NCBI RefSeq assembly: GCF_014377975.1
Contig: NZ_JACMOO010000435.1
Coordinates: 6,577 to 70,576, forward strand
Length of the DNA: 64,000 nucleotides
Reading direction: 5' to 3'
Origin: Ferruginibacter sp.
Lineage (GTDB): Bacteria; Bacteroidota; Bacteroidia; Chitinophagales; Chitinophagaceae
Shown: positions 1-10,692 of the stretch, in pieces
Numbering within the stretch: the first letter of the stretch is position 1
Layout of the letters: every line of letters begins with the position of its first letter
The notes under the pieces: model-generated
What the model saw: the letters and a program-made list of their open reading frames with translations, nothing else
The model's database searches: none
Told to the model about the DNA's origin: nothing
Made by a program: the position numbers and the translations under genes

Positions 1-981
1 AATTTCTGATTTTGCATAGGTATATATTAAACCGCTAATTAAGAATAAAGTGCAGATAAAACAGCCGGCAAAAAACCCTATAATACCAAAAATAACAGAA
101 GATGTTTTTACCATTATAAAAGGTTCAGTTGGTTTGTCAAGTACTGAAATGATGGGAGTAGCTTTTTGCAAACGCCAGGTAGCTTCTTCTCTGTTGTTTA
201 CAGATAAATCCCGCTGCCTTAAAATGCGGCTTTTTTCCATTGATAAATTTTCTTTCGGCAAGCCATATTCCAATCGGTCGGCTGGGGTAAAGTAAGTTGT
301 ATTTTGCAACACGACGGCTTTTTTATCTACCTGGGTTAGCATATCCTGCAATGAATCTATTTTCTTTATTGTAAAATAATAATCGGCCAGTGCTTTCGAA
401 ATTTTTAAATCTATGTAAAACTGTGATAATTTTTCTATAAAAACATTTGTAATGGGAGTTATCAGTTTTTTATCGGAACTGCTAAAATATATTTCCAGTA
501 CACCATTTTTACTCATCTTCGCAGTAATATCTTCACTTAATAATTCGCCTCCTAACGATGCTATTGCTTCACTATCAGCAGGTATTTTAATGGTATTTTC
601 CCAAAAAGATGCATGAGCATTTAAATCATCGGCAATTAATTCGGTAATCGTTTTATTATCAAATTGCGGTAAGCGGGTAAGTGCTACTTTCTGCCTTACA
701 TTGCGGCTTAAAGTAAGTTCAACAATATTAATAGCCGCATCGCCACTAAAGCTTTTAGAATTGCCTTCTATTCCTAAAATACCATTTAAAGCACTGGTTG
801 AAATTGAATTTTCGGTTTGAGTGGATAAGGGAAAAACGGTTGCTTTAGCTGTATAAACCGGCCTGTTATGCCTTACATAAAAAAAGAATAATAAGGCAAA
901 GAAAATACCACACCCTATCACGGCTATTTTGTACTGTTTAAGCTTATAAAAAATGCTTCTTATTAATACTGTACTTGTCAA
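1..981 (-). CDS. Wzz-like polysaccharide chain-length determinant (3' end runs off the window)
   Basis: Hand-translated open frame from TTG at 981 (MTSTVLIRSIFYKLKQYKIAVIGCGIFFALLFFFY...YTAKATVFPL...ISVLDKPTEP...IFGIIGFFAGCFICTLFLI). Two terminal TM helices flank a periplasmic region. Lies directly downstream of the SLBB export gene. Not in the ORF track because it is truncated. Confidence 0.75.
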   Translation of the reverse strand, partial: MTSTVLIRSIFYKLKQYKIAVIGCGIFFALLFFFYVRHNRPVYTAKATVFPLSTQTENSISTSALNGILGIEGNSKSFSGDAAINIVELTLSRNVRQKVALTRLPQFDNKTITELIADDLNAHASFWENTIKIPADSEAIASLGGELLSEDITAKMSKNGVLEIYFSSSDKKLITPITNVFIEKLSQFYIDLKISKALADYYFTIKKIDSLQDMLTQVDKKAVVLQNTTYFTPADRLEYGLPKENLSMEKSRILRQRDLSVNNREEATWRLQKATPIISVLDKPTEPFIMVKTSSVIFGIIGFFAGCFICTLFLISGLIYTYAKSEI

Positions 982-987
982 TTTTTT

Positions 988-3381
988 TTATTTAATCTTA
1001 AAAATCAGATAGGTAATAATTAATGGAATTGCCGTTGTAGCAGCGGTTGCCAATGCATTTGTAAAATCTTTATTTTCTGGCCTTGTTGGAACAGTAATGG
1101 TAGCCCCTTCCTCCACTTTAGGATAAAGATGAAAAAATAAAACATTCCTTGTCTGCTTGCTTTTACCATTGGCATAAGTTACGTAAATTCTTTTACGCCA
1201 TGGCCGTACACCAAAACCTCCGGCCTTATCAATATAATAATTCAGGTTGGCATGTTCTTTATCAAAAGTAATTTTTAAAGGGGATTGTACCTTTCCGCGT
1301 ACTGTAATAAATGGATTTATTTCGGGAATATATACGACATCATTTTCCTGCAATATAATATCGTAGGCAGAATTCTGATATTTTATCGCCGAGTATAAAT
1401 CTATACTTACTGGTTCTTCGAGGTTAAGTATTGCACTGTCCTTAATTAAATTTCCGAGTGAATCTTTCTTTGGTTTATATAGAATTTTTTCTCTTAAAAA
1501 GTCAAGCTTTTTTCTAAACAGTATTGCGCCTCCAATATTGGCATTTTCTAAAATACCTCCTGCCCGCTTTATATAAGATGATAACCGTTCATACCTGTTA
1601 AGCCGGGGATAATACCCTGCATATTTTATCAGGCCTAAAATCTGAATATTTTGCTGTAATTCAAAGGTTGGATTTTTTCTTACGAATACCTGGTCGTATG
1701 GTTTTAAAATAACTTTAGCTGCGGCAGAATCCAGTTCCAGGTTTGATTGAATAGCGTATGACCTAATTATATTACGGGTTGGTTTTAATCCTTGCCTGGC
1801 AGAATCAATATCTACAATGCTCGAAATTTCAAGCCTGCCGTATTCTGCAGATTCCTTTAAACCTCCTGATAAATATAGCAAGTCCTGCAGGTTCATACCG
1901 CCGTATTTCCTCACATGTCCTTCCTTGCGTACCTCACCAAAAATATCAACGAATTGCTGGTCACCAAATTCATTAGATGAAAATAATTGGACTATATCAT
2001 TTGGCATTAATATCACATTATTGATACTTGAACCGTTGTTGCTATTTTGAAAATCACTTAGATCTACTTCCAGCCTATCCGATTTGATACTGGTAGAATC
2101 TCCTGCACCGCGAAATATGTAGGCTCTTGAGAGGTAAGTACTTTTTGTAATTCCACCAGCCCTGTTAATTACATCAAACAAATGATCATTTTTTCTTATT
2201 TCGTAAGTGCCTGGATATTTTACGGGGCCTTTTATCTCAACTTTATTTACAAACCCCGCTTTTATTAAATCTGCTCTTACAACATCTCCATCTTTTAACT
2301 CATAATCCTGATTGGATAATTTTATGATGGCTGTTACATTTACATCATGAATTACCTGGTCTTCATTTTCATTTCGTATAACTTTCACGGCCGATGTAAG
2401 GGCATCAGATGTAAACCCACCCGAAAATTTAATCAATGCTTTTATGCCTTCGTCTTTCTTAAGTTGATAATACATGGGGCGTTTAAACTGGCCTGTTGCC
2501 AGTACTTTCATCACTTCATTACTTACAAATACAAAATCATTATTTTGCAAATAAATACGGCTTTGCATCTCGCCCGAGGCAAGGTATTTATATACATCAA
2601 TTGTTTCAATAATTTTACCGTTTCGCTTAACCTGTATGTCTCTTAAACTACCAAATTCGGTAACCCCTCCTGCCAGGCCAATTACATTGTAAGCATTGGA
2701 AAATGCAGAAACGGTAACAGGCCCCGGGCTTTCAACCTCTCCTCCAACATTTACATTAATAGTACGTGGCGCTCCCAGGGTTATTTGTATATTGGTATTT
2801 GCCGGTACCACACTTTTAAACCTTGCATAAATTAATGAACGGGCCATTTCAAAAGTTAGCCCCTGTACAGAAATTTTACCCAAACTGTTGGGAAAGATAG
2901 CACCATCGCGGGCTACCACATAATCCTCCTGGTATTCGCCGCCGCCCCATAAAGCCACTACTATATGATCGCCTACACCAATTGGATAATCAAGCGGTGG
3001 CGTGGATAGCTCCCCGATATCATACATAGCTGCATTCTGAAAAACATTTGCACCATATATTTTTTTAGGGCTATACATTAACGTCCCTCCGTTTTCATTT
3101 AAGATGCTGTCTTTGTCAAGCGTTTTATTTTCAAGCCTTTTGGCTATTACCGGATTTTCCTTGCTTCTGTCAGTCCCTTTTTTACTTTGGTTATTGTCTT
3201 TAAAATAACTATCAAAGCCCGATTTTGTCAACTGCGTTGGATCCACCCCAGCGGGTAATAATTCCTTCAGGCTTTGTGAGGAAGGCTCTGTGTTTTGGCT
3301 GTAAGCGGATAGGGAAAGAAACGTTATACTAAATAACACCACTGCAAATTTCTTCACTAAAAACTTAAAAATACATTGCAT
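988..3381 (-). CDS. Polysaccharide export protein with multiple SLBB domains (Wza/KpsD-like)
   Basis: Signal peptide, poly_export motif (DYPIGVGDHIVVALWG), repeated SLBB motifs (V.GEV..PG, AGG.T, GxVKYPG.Y), C-terminal helix. Confidence 0.9.
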   Translation of the reverse strand: MQCIFKFLVKKFAVVLFSITFLSLSAYSQNTEPSSQSLKELLPAGVDPTQLTKSGFDSYFKDNNQSKKGTDRSKENPVIAKRLENKTLDKDSILNENGGTLMYSPKKIYGANVFQNAAMYDIGELSTPPLDYPIGVGDHIVVALWGGGEYQEDYVVARDGAIFPNSLGKISVQGLTFEMARSLIYARFKSVVPANTNIQITLGAPRTINVNVGGEVESPGPVTVSAFSNAYNVIGLAGGVTEFGSLRDIQVKRNGKIIETIDVYKYLASGEMQSRIYLQNNDFVFVSNEVMKVLATGQFKRPMYYQLKKDEGIKALIKFSGGFTSDALTSAVKVIRNENEDQVIHDVNVTAIIKLSNQDYELKDGDVVRADLIKAGFVNKVEIKGPVKYPGTYEIRKNDHLFDVINRAGGITKSTYLSRAYIFRGAGDSTSIKSDRLEVDLSDFQNSNNGSSINNVILMPNDIVQLFSSNEFGDQQFVDIFGEVRKEGHVRKYGGMNLQDLLYLSGGLKESAEYGRLEISSIVDIDSARQGLKPTRNIIRSYAIQSNLELDSAAAKVILKPYDQVFVRKNPTFELQQNIQILGLIKYAGYYPRLNRYERLSSYIKRAGGILENANIGGAILFRKKLDFLREKILYKPKKDSLGNLIKDSAILNLEEPVSIDLYSAIKYQNSAYDIILQENDVVYIPEINPFITVRGKVQSPLKITFDKEHANLNYYIDKAGGFGVRPWRKRIYVTYANGKSKQTRNVLFFHLYPKVEEGATITVPTRPENKDFTNALATAATTAIPLIITYLIFKIK

Positions 3382-3432
3382 TTGTTATGGGTTAATGAAC
3401 AATAATTTTTGAAACTAAGCAAATATAATAAT

Positions 3433-4380
3433 TTATTTCAGTGGACGTTGTAAAGCAAATTCAAACTCTTTCCACAGCTCATCTACAATATCGGCGGCGG
3501 GTTGAATGTTTTTGATCAGAGTACTTACCTGTCCGATTTCTAGTTCTCCATTCTCAAGGTCGCCTTCAAACATTCCGTTTTTTGCCCTTCCCTTTCCCAA
3601 TAAATTTTTTAAAGTGTCAACAGAAACGCCGTTCAGTTCTGCTTGTTGCACATCTGTAAAAAATTTATTCTTCAGTAGTCTTACGGGAGTTAGTTGTTTT
3701 AATGAAAGCTGCGTGTCTCCTTCAGCGGCGTTAATTACAGCCTCTTTAAATTTTTGATGTGCGGATGATTCGTAGCTGGCAACAAAACGGCTGCCTGCCT
3801 GTATCCCTTCGGCACCTAACACCATAGCAGCCAGCATTTGCCTTCCGGTAGCAATGCCGCCTGCAGCAATTACCGGTATGGCTACTGCATTGCAAACTGC
3901 AGGAATTAAAACAAGGGTAGTTGTTTCTTCTCTTCCATTGTGGCCACCTGCCTCAAAACCTTCTGCTACAACAGCATCGCATCCTGCCTGTTGCGCCTTT
4001 ACGGCAAACCTGCTGCTACTAACCACATGCACTACTTTTATACCGGCCTGTTTTAGTACTGTTGTCCATGTGGCAGGGTTACCCGCAGAAGTGAATACCA
4101 CCGGTACTTTTTCTTCAATAATTATTTGAATGTGCTGATCAATATTTGGATACAACAGCGGAACGTTTACTCCGAAAGGCTTATTTGTAGCTGCCCTGCA
4201 TTTTTGAATGTGTTCTTTTAACACCAGCGGCTGCATACTGCCACTTCCAATTAAACCTAATCCGCCGGCATTGCTTACTGCACTTGCCAGCCGCCAGCCA
4301 CTGGCCCAAACCATCCCTGCCTGTATAATGGGATAACGGATACCAAAGAGTTGTGTAATTCTGTTAGTGAAAGACGACAT
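3433..4380 (-). CDS. Nitronate monooxygenase / FabK-like FMN oxidoreductase
   Basis: YPIIQAGMVW, AEGFEAGGHNG, PVIAAGGIATG motifs. Confidence 0.85.
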   Translation of the reverse strand: MSSFTNRITQLFGIRYPIIQAGMVWASGWRLASAVSNAGGLGLIGSGSMQPLVLKEHIQKCRAATNKPFGVNVPLLYPNIDQHIQIIIEEKVPVVFTSAGNPATWTTVLKQAGIKVVHVVSSSRFAVKAQQAGCDAVVAEGFEAGGHNGREETTTLVLIPAVCNAVAIPVIAAGGIATGRQMLAAMVLGAEGIQAGSRFVASYESSAHQKFKEAVINAAEGDTQLSLKQLTPVRLLKNKFFTDVQQAELNGVSVDTLKNLLGKGRAKNGMFEGDLENGELEIGQVSTLIKNIQPAADIVDELWKEFEFALQRPLK

Positions 4381-4436
4381 GTGTTGCTGCTTTTGCTAAA
4401 CTTGTAACAATAAATAAATCGCAGACTGCTACCGGC

Positions 4437-5429
4437 TTATCCGAGGTCAATATCTGTGTTATCCCCAATATTCAACGACCTTGTTTCTCCTTTAATACCC
4501 GTATCGCTGCCTATTAAAGAATCGTCAAGCACCACATCATATAATTTTGAAAACGATCCGATGATAGAGTCTTTTACAATGGTGTAATTCAATAAAGTAT
4601 TATCGCCTATTGTAACATTGGGACCAATGACAGAATTTTTTATATCACAACCTTCGCCAATACTAACCGGCGGAATGATAATGGTATTTTCGTACTTATC
4701 CAGCTCTGGTACTTTACCACCAAATTTTTTCAGCAGGGTGGCGTTGGATAGCAGCAGGGTTTCTTTTTTACCACAATCAAACCAGTTTTGCACCTTAAAA
4801 AATTTGAATTTTGTACCGCTTTGTATCATGCATTCCAATGCATCTGTAAGGCTTAATTCATTGCGTGCAATATCTTTTTTCTCTATAATTTTTTTAAGAC
4901 AGGTAAACAATAAATCGGTTTCCCTTATTTTATAAATGCCCACCAGTGCCATATTACTTTTAGGAATGGCCGGCTTTTCAACAACCCGGCTTATAAACCC
5001 GTCATCCTCAATTTCCGCCACACCAAAATTGCGGGGATCATCTACTTTTTTTACGCCCAGCATGGAGAAAGGAACATTCAGTATTTGTTTTACGTCATAC
5101 TCGGCAATGGTATCTCCCAATACTATAAACACTTCTTCGCTGCCAATAATTTCTTTGGCAAGATCAATGGCATGGCCGGTTCCGTATCTTTCGTTCTGAT
5201 AAACAAAATGACAAACAAGGTGTGGATATTTTGCCTTTACATAATCCTGAATTTTTTCTCCCAGGTAGCCTACAATAAATATAAAATCATTGATCCCTGC
5301 TTCGTGCAACTGATCAATAATAATACTTAAAACGGTTTTACCCGCTAAAGGTATTAAAGCCTTTGGCTGTGTGTAAGTGTGTGGACGCAATTTTGTGCCT
5401 GCGCCTGCAACGGGAATAATGGCCTTCAT
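4437..5429 (-). CDS. Sugar-phosphate nucleotidyltransferase (glucose-1-P thymidylyltransferase long-form-like)
   Basis: KAIIPVAGAGTKLRPHT...PKAL, VEKP, WFDCGK and a C-terminal hexapeptide-repeat region. Confidence 0.88.
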   Translation of the reverse strand: MKAIIPVAGAGTKLRPHTYTQPKALIPLAGKTVLSIIIDQLHEAGINDFIFIVGYLGEKIQDYVKAKYPHLVCHFVYQNERYGTGHAIDLAKEIIGSEEVFIVLGDTIAEYDVKQILNVPFSMLGVKKVDDPRNFGVAEIEDDGFISRVVEKPAIPKSNMALVGIYKIRETDLLFTCLKKIIEKKDIARNELSLTDALECMIQSGTKFKFFKVQNWFDCGKKETLLLSNATLLKKFGGKVPELDKYENTIIIPPVSIGEGCDIKNSVIGPNVTIGDNTLLNYTIVKDSIIGSFSKLYDVVLDDSLIGSDTGIKGETRSLNIGDNTDIDLG

Positions 5430-5583
5430 GATAAAACCTTACACTGCTAAGTGCTGTATTTTTATTGATAATAAGATGTTACTCTATTTAAACAGTTTGT
5501 GAATGTAGTGATTTTTGTGTAGACTTTACATCATAAACAATGCCCTTATTTTTAAAGGGACTGTCAAAGTAATATTGGCTTTG

Positions 5584-5591
5584 TATCTTTG
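5584..5591 (+). promoter_or_regulatory. Bacteroidota sigma70 -7 element (TATCTTTG) for glyA
   Basis: Matches the TAnnTTTG consensus 17 bp upstream of the ATG. Confidence 0.6.
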
Positions 5592-5608
5592 CAACTTAAA
5601 AATATCGC

Positions 5609-6889
5609 ATGCAGAGAGATACATTGGTTTTTGATTTAATACGCCAGGAAATGAACCGCCAAAGGCATGGCATTGAACTGATTGCTTCAGAAAATTTTAC
5701 TTCCCTACAGGTAATGCAGGCATCGGGCTGTGTTATGACCAATAAATATGCAGAAGGTTATCCGGGCCGAAGGTATTATGCAGGGTGCGAAATTGTAGAC
5801 CAAACGGAACAATTAGCCATTGACCGCCTGAAACAGATTTTTAGCTGCGATTATGCCAATGTACAACCCCATAGTGGAGCACAAGCCAATGCAGCCGTAG
5901 CTTTAGCGGTGTTGCAGCCTGGTGATATCATACTGGGACTGGATTTAAGCATGGGCGGACATCTTACCCATGGCTCACCGGTAAATTATTCCGGCAAATT
6001 GTACGAAGCACATTTTTATGGCGTAGTAAAAGAAACAGGGTTAATTGATTATGATACTTTGGAAGAAAAAGCCAGGGCATTGAAACCAAAACTGATTTTT
6101 TGCGGAGCCTCTGCCTATAGCCGCGACTGGGATTATGCACGCATACGAAAAGTGGCCGACGAAGTGGGTGCTTTTGTTCAGTGTGATATGGCACATCCTG
6201 CCGGTTTAATTGCCAAAGGATTATTAAGTTCGCCGTTTGAACATTGCCATTTTGTTACCTCTACCACCCATAAAACTTTGCGGGGCCCCAGGGGAGGAAT
6301 TATTTTAATGAAAAAAGATTTTGAAAACCCGTTTGGTTTAAAGGATATAAAAGGCAATACCCGCCTGATGAGTAACCTGATGGACATGGCTGTTTTTCCG
6401 GGCATACAGGGCGGCCCGTTGCAACATATTATTGCAGCAAAAGCAATCGCCTTTGGAGAAATATTAACCGATGAATTTACAGATTACGCCAAACAGGTAG
6501 TAGTAAATGCACAGGCCATGGCCAAAGCTTTTGTAGAAAAAGGATATCAGTTGATAAGCAATGGTACCGACAATCACCTAATGCTGATTGACCTGCGCAA
6601 CAAAAATATCAGTGGTAAAAAAGCTGAGCAGGCACTGGTAAAGGCAGATATTACCTTAAATAAAAACATGGTTCCTTTTGATGATAAAAGTGCTTTTGTT
6701 ACATCCGGTATACGGATAGGAACGGCAGCCATCACCACCCGTGGTATGAAGGAAGAACACATGCAGTTTGTAGTAAATGTATTAGACAATGTGCTGATGA
6801 ATGCCGGTGATGAAAAAGTAATCAGCACCATCCGGGGCCAGGTAAATGAATTTATGGGTCAATTTATTTTATATCCTGAACTTGGATAA
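5609..6889 (+). CDS. glyA: Serine hydroxymethyltransferase
   Basis: [42 protein letters not shown] (PLP lysine). Confidence 0.98.
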   Translation: MQRDTLVFDLIRQEMNRQRHGIELIASENFTSLQVMQASGCVMTNKYAEGYPGRRYYAGCEIVDQTEQLAIDRLKQIFSCDYANVQPHSGAQANAAVALAVLQPGDIILGLDLSMGGHLTHGSPVNYSGKLYEAHFYGVVKETGLIDYDTLEEKARALKPKLIFCGASAYSRDWDYARIRKVADEVGAFVQCDMAHPAGLIAKGLLSSPFEHCHFVTSTTHKTLRGPRGGIILMKKDFENPFGLKDIKGNTRLMSNLMDMAVFPGIQGGPLQHIIAAKAIAFGEILTDEFTDYAKQVVVNAQAMAKAFVEKGYQLISNGTDNHLMLIDLRNKNISGKKAEQALVKADITLNKNMVPFDDKSAFVTSGIRIGTAAITTRGMKEEHMQFVVNVLDNVLMNAGDEKVISTIRGQVNEFMGQFILYPELG

Positions 6890-6905
6890 AAATTAAAATT
6901 ATTGT

Positions 6906-7316
6906 ATGATACAGCGCATTCAATCTATCTGGCTTTTAGCAGCATCCATCGTTAGTTTTCTAACCTTAAAGCTATCTTTTTACAGCGGTACTTATTTGCC
7001 CGATAACTTATACCACCAGCTAAATGGTACAGAAAATTTAACGCTGATGATACCCACCATCGCATTGGGCATACTAACCTTACTCACCATTTTTTTATTT
7101 AAAAACAGGGTAACACAGCTGAGGCTTTGTATGGCTGCTATTTTACTTGATGTATTGTTAATCGTCTTGTATTTCCGGTCTCTGAAAGATTTTTCCAGGG
7201 GCGATTTTGCTTTTACTGCGGTGTTGCATCTTGTTGTAATATCCGCACTGGTATTGGCTGCCAGCGGAATTAACAAAGATGAAAAATTGATAAAAGATAG
7301 TAACAGGTTAAGGTAA
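6906..7316 (+). CDS. DUF4293-like membrane protein
   Basis: MIQRIQSIWL start, IFLFKNR..QL, and the I.KDEKLIK..RLR end typical of the family; four TM helices. Confidence 0.8.
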   Translation: MIQRIQSIWLLAASIVSFLTLKLSFYSGTYLPDNLYHQLNGTENLTLMIPTIALGILTLLTIFLFKNRVTQLRLCMAAILLDVLLIVLYFRSLKDFSRGDFAFTAVLHLVVISALVLAASGINKDEKLIKDSNRLR

Positions 7317-7331
7317 TACAACACATTTATT

Positions 7332-7372
7332 AAAAAATTCTGGTCTGCTATTTACAGGTCAGGATTTTTTTT
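7332..7372 (+). terminator. Intrinsic terminator of glyA-DUF4293
   Basis: Stem aaaaaattctggtctg / caggtcaggatttttt (with G-U pairs) ending in a T-run. Confidence 0.6.
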
Positions 7373-7421
7373 GCCCTGCATTTGCCCCTGATTTAACTTC
7401 ATTGGCGTCGCACTTTTCAAC
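7366..7421 (-). repeat. ~55-bp intergenic repeat, copy D (GCGACGC subtype)
   Basis: Minus strand gttgaaaagtgcgacgccaatgaagttaaatcaggggcaaatgcagggcaaaaaaa aligns with the copies at 33664 and 53682. Confidence 0.65.
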
Positions 7422-7575
7422 ATCATCTTTCAATTATCCTTTAACCTTCCCGTTGAAGGGTATCAATGCGAAGGCAACCGGCAAAAATAATTTTCTTTTC
7501 TTATTTTACAGTAATCTAAAACCGTCTACTATTTTCTTCAATTTCGTTTCTCAGAAAAAGACAAATACATAATTT

Positions 7576-10398
7576 TTACAAAAACCTTCCCGTATAACTT
7601 TCCCTGCATTTTTTTAAATCTGCCGGCTTACCTGCAAAAACAAGATTACCTCCGGCATCACCCGCTTCGGGGCCAAGATCAATTACCCAGTCTGCAGATT
7701 TTATTACATCGGTATTGTGTTCAATTACTAAAATGGTATGGCCCTGTTCTATCAATGCATTAAAAGAAGTAAGCAGTTTTTTTATATCATGAAAATGTAG
7801 CCCGGTAGTTGGTTCATCAAAAATAAATAAAATATTACCCTGCGATTTCCCCTTGCCTAAAAACGAAGCCAGCTTTACCCGCTGCGCTTCGCCACCAGAA
7901 AGCGTATTACTGCTTTGGCCCAGCTTTACATAACCAAGGCCTACGTTGCTTAAGGGCTGTATTTTTTTTGCTACATCGGCTTCTTCCTTAAAAAATTCAA
8001 TGGCATCATCTACGCTCATATCCAGCACATCATAAATACTTTTTGTTTTGTAGGTAACCTCCAGCACTTCTTCTTTAAACCGTTTACCACCGCATACTTC
8101 ACAGGTTAAATGTACATCTGCCAGAAACTGCATTTCAACCACCTGTTCACCTTCACCTTTACAGGCATCGCACCTGCCGCCATCCACATTAAATGAAAAG
8201 TGTTTGGGTAAAAATCCCCGCATTTTACTAAGCGGTTGTTTGCTATACAATTCCCTTATTTCATCATACGCTTTAATGTAGGTAACCGGGTTACTGCGGG
8301 AAGATTTGCCGATAGGATTCTGGTCTACCATTTCTATCTGGGCAATCGCATCCAGATCGCCGGTAACGGATTTGTGTAAACCGGCTTTGTCCACTCCTTC
8401 GCCTTTAATTTTTTGTAAAGCAGGATACAATATTTGTTTTACCAATGTTGTTTTACCGCTGCCGCTTACACCACTTACCACACAAAAAACATTCAATGGA
8501 AATTGTACATTTATATTTTTAAGATTGTTTTGCCGGGCACCTTCTACTGTAATACTCTGGTTCCATTTGCGTAAGTGTTTGGGTACTTCAATGCTCAATG
8601 CACCACTAAGATATTTTCCCGTTAAACTATTTTTATCAGCAATCAATTCCTTGTAATTGCCTGCTGCTACTACTTCCCCACCCAGGTGGCTGGCTAATGG
8701 CCCCATATCGATAATGTAATCTGCTTCCCGCATCATCATCTCATCATGCTCTACCACCACCACTGTATTTCCCAGGTCTCTTAATTCTTTTAACACACGT
8801 ATCAGTCTTTCGGTATCCCTGCTGTGCAGGCCAATGGATGGTTCATCCAGGATGTATAAAGAACTGGTAAGATTGCTGCCTAAACTTCTTGTAAGTTGTA
8901 TCCGCTGGCTTTCGCCACCACTTAAAGAATTAGCCAGCCGATTTAAAGTAAGATAGTCCAGCCCTACATCTGTGAGTGTTTTAATGCGGTGATGAATTTC
9001 TATCAAAATTCTTTTGGCTACTTTTTCATCATAGGCACTCAGCGTTAACTGATCAAACCAAACCTGCAGATCTTTTACGGGTAATTCACACAATTCTCCA
9101 ATATGTTTACCGCACACTTTTACATACAATGCTTCTTTACGCAGGCGGTATCCTTTGCAATCAGGGCAAAGAGTTTTACCACGATAGCGGCTTAACAATA
9201 CACGGTATTGCACCTTGTATAAATTTTGCTCTACTTCTTTAAAAAAATCGTTGATGCCATTGGCGTAACTATTACCTTCCCATAACAACAGGTATTGTTC
9301 TTTTGTAAGGTCAATGATGGGCGTATGTACCGGAAAATTAAAATTCTTTGCTGCCTTTATAAATTGCTCTTTCCACAAACTCAGTTTTTCTCCTTTCCAA
9401 GGTGCTACTGCACCTTCATAAACACTTAACTGTTTATTTGGAATTACAAGGTCGGAATCAATACCCAATACCAGTGAAAAACCCTCGCAGGTTGGGCAGG
9501 CACCAAAGGGATTGTTAAACGAAAATAAATTGGGTACCGGCTCTTCAAACTGTATTCCATCCAGCTCAAATTTATTGCTGAAGGATAATATTTTTTTACC
9601 GTTTATTTCCAGCATCAGGCTTCCTTCGCCTTCATAAAAAGCAATCCCAACCGAATCGCTTATCCGGTGGGTATCATCTTCATCAAATGTTTTTACAACC
9701 AGCCTGTCAATCAAAAGACAGGTTTCTGCTGAAAGATTAACCGGTGTATTTTCCAGTAAGTCTTCAATGCGGTGCGGCTCAAAAGCTCCGGCATTTAAAG
9801 GGTTTGGAGAAGCCACTCTTGAAAATCCTTTTTGCATCAGAATATTTAATTCTTCTTTTACATCCCGGTTGGCATGCAGTTTAAAAGGCACCAGCAACAA
9901 TACTTTATCACCATCCTTTAAATTGCGAATAGCTTTTAACACATCAGCTACATCATCTTTTTTTACTTCCCTTTCGCTTATGGGTGAAATGGTTTTGCCG
10001 GTTCTTGCAAACAACAACCGCAGGTAGTCGTAAATTTCCGTCATGCTGCCTACGGTGCTCCTGGGCGTACGGGTAATTACTTTTTGTTCTATCGCAATGG
10101 CAGGACAAAGCCCCTTTATGTAATCTACATCGGGCTTGTTCATACGCTGCATAAACTGCCTGGCATAAGCACTTAAACTTTCGGCGTAACGCCGCTGGCC
10201 TTCGGCAAATAATGTATCAATGGTTAAGGAAGATTTACCCGAACCTGAAACGCCCGTAACCACCACCAGTTTATTGCGTGGTATTGTTACCGTTACATCT
10301 TTCAGATTGTGAACCCTTGCACCTTTTATAAAAATTCCGTCAGCATTATTTACAGAAATAATCGCCTTTTTTTTATTGATTGATTTTGTAGTAGTCAT
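7576..10398 (-). CDS. uvrA: Excinuclease ABC subunit A
   Basis: GARVHNLK, two GVSGSGK(S/T) Walker A motifs, LSGGE signatures, CxxC zinc fingers. Start moved to the ATG at 10398 because a TATTTTTG -7 element lies at 10409-10416. Confidence 0.97.
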   Translation of the reverse strand: MTTTKSINKKKAIISVNNADGIFIKGARVHNLKDVTVTIPRNKLVVVTGVSGSGKSSLTIDTLFAEGQRRYAESLSAYARQFMQRMNKPDVDYIKGLCPAIAIEQKVITRTPRSTVGSMTEIYDYLRLLFARTGKTISPISEREVKKDDVADVLKAIRNLKDGDKVLLLVPFKLHANRDVKEELNILMQKGFSRVASPNPLNAGAFEPHRIEDLLENTPVNLSAETCLLIDRLVVKTFDEDDTHRISDSVGIAFYEGEGSLMLEINGKKILSFSNKFELDGIQFEEPVPNLFSFNNPFGACPTCEGFSLVLGIDSDLVIPNKQLSVYEGAVAPWKGEKLSLWKEQFIKAAKNFNFPVHTPIIDLTKEQYLLLWEGNSYANGINDFFKEVEQNLYKVQYRVLLSRYRGKTLCPDCKGYRLRKEALYVKVCGKHIGELCELPVKDLQVWFDQLTLSAYDEKVAKRILIEIHHRIKTLTDVGLDYLTLNRLANSLSGGESQRIQLTRSLGSNLTSSLYILDEPSIGLHSRDTERLIRVLKELRDLGNTVVVVEHDEMMMREADYIIDMGPLASHLGGEVVAAGNYKELIADKNSLTGKYLSGALSIEVPKHLRKWNQSITVEGARQNNLKNINVQFPLNVFCVVSGVSGSGKTTLVKQILYPALQKIKGEGVDKAGLHKSVTGDLDAIAQIEMVDQNPIGKSSRSNPVTYIKAYDEIRELYSKQPLSKMRGFLPKHFSFNVDGGRCDACKGEGEQVVEMQFLADVHLTCEVCGGKRFKEEVLEVTYKTKSIYDVLDMSVDDAIEFFKEEADVAKKIQPLSNVGLGYVKLGQSSNTLSGGEAQRVKLASFLGKGKSQGNILFIFDEPTTGLHFHDIKKLLTSFNALIEQGHTILVIEHNTDVIKSADWVIDLGPEAGDAGGNLVFAGKPADLKKCRESYTGRFL
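9782..9813 (-). repeat. In-frame degenerate palindromic element in uvrA (ASPNPLNAGAF)
   Basis: gcttctccaaaccctttaaatgccggagcttt aligns (19/32 by eye) with the metG element gcttcctcaaacctctccgaaggagtggcgtt. Confidence 0.5.
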
Positions 10399-10541
10399 AA
10401 TTGATTTGCAAAAATAGTGTGTTCTTTTTGTGCTGTATAAATATTGTGAGCGTCTTGCCAAAATCCAGGCACTTATTTTTATCGTTCATTGTGTGTGTAA
10501 TTCTTATTACAAAAGATGCCAAAAAAAAAATTTAAGAAAAA

Positions 10542-10572
10542 TTTGGCAATTCAAAATTTCTTCCTATTTTCA
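10542..10572 (+). promoter_or_regulatory. Putative promoter of the ECF sigma gene (-33 TTTG, 19-bp spacer, -7 TATTTTCA)
   Basis: Spacing matches the Bacteroidota -33/-7 consensus; the -7 box is a variant. Confidence 0.5.
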
Positions 10573-10591
10573 CAGTCCAATATCCAGTAAA

Positions 10592-10692
10592 GTGAAAAGC
10601 CTGAACGCCTATCTATAGAACTTCTACGCTCAATTCTCTCTTATTGGTTTCCAAACAAAAGTCCTAAACCAACAAAAACTGTAGAAGTTTAT
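10592..10692 (+). promoter_or_regulatory. Structured leader with uORF (GTG, MKSLNAYL*) upstream of the ECF sigma factor
   Basis: uORF 10592-10618. atagaacttctacg (10615-10628) pairs with tgtagaagtttAT (10680-10692). Inner stem ttggttt/aaaccaa. Confidence 0.5.
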
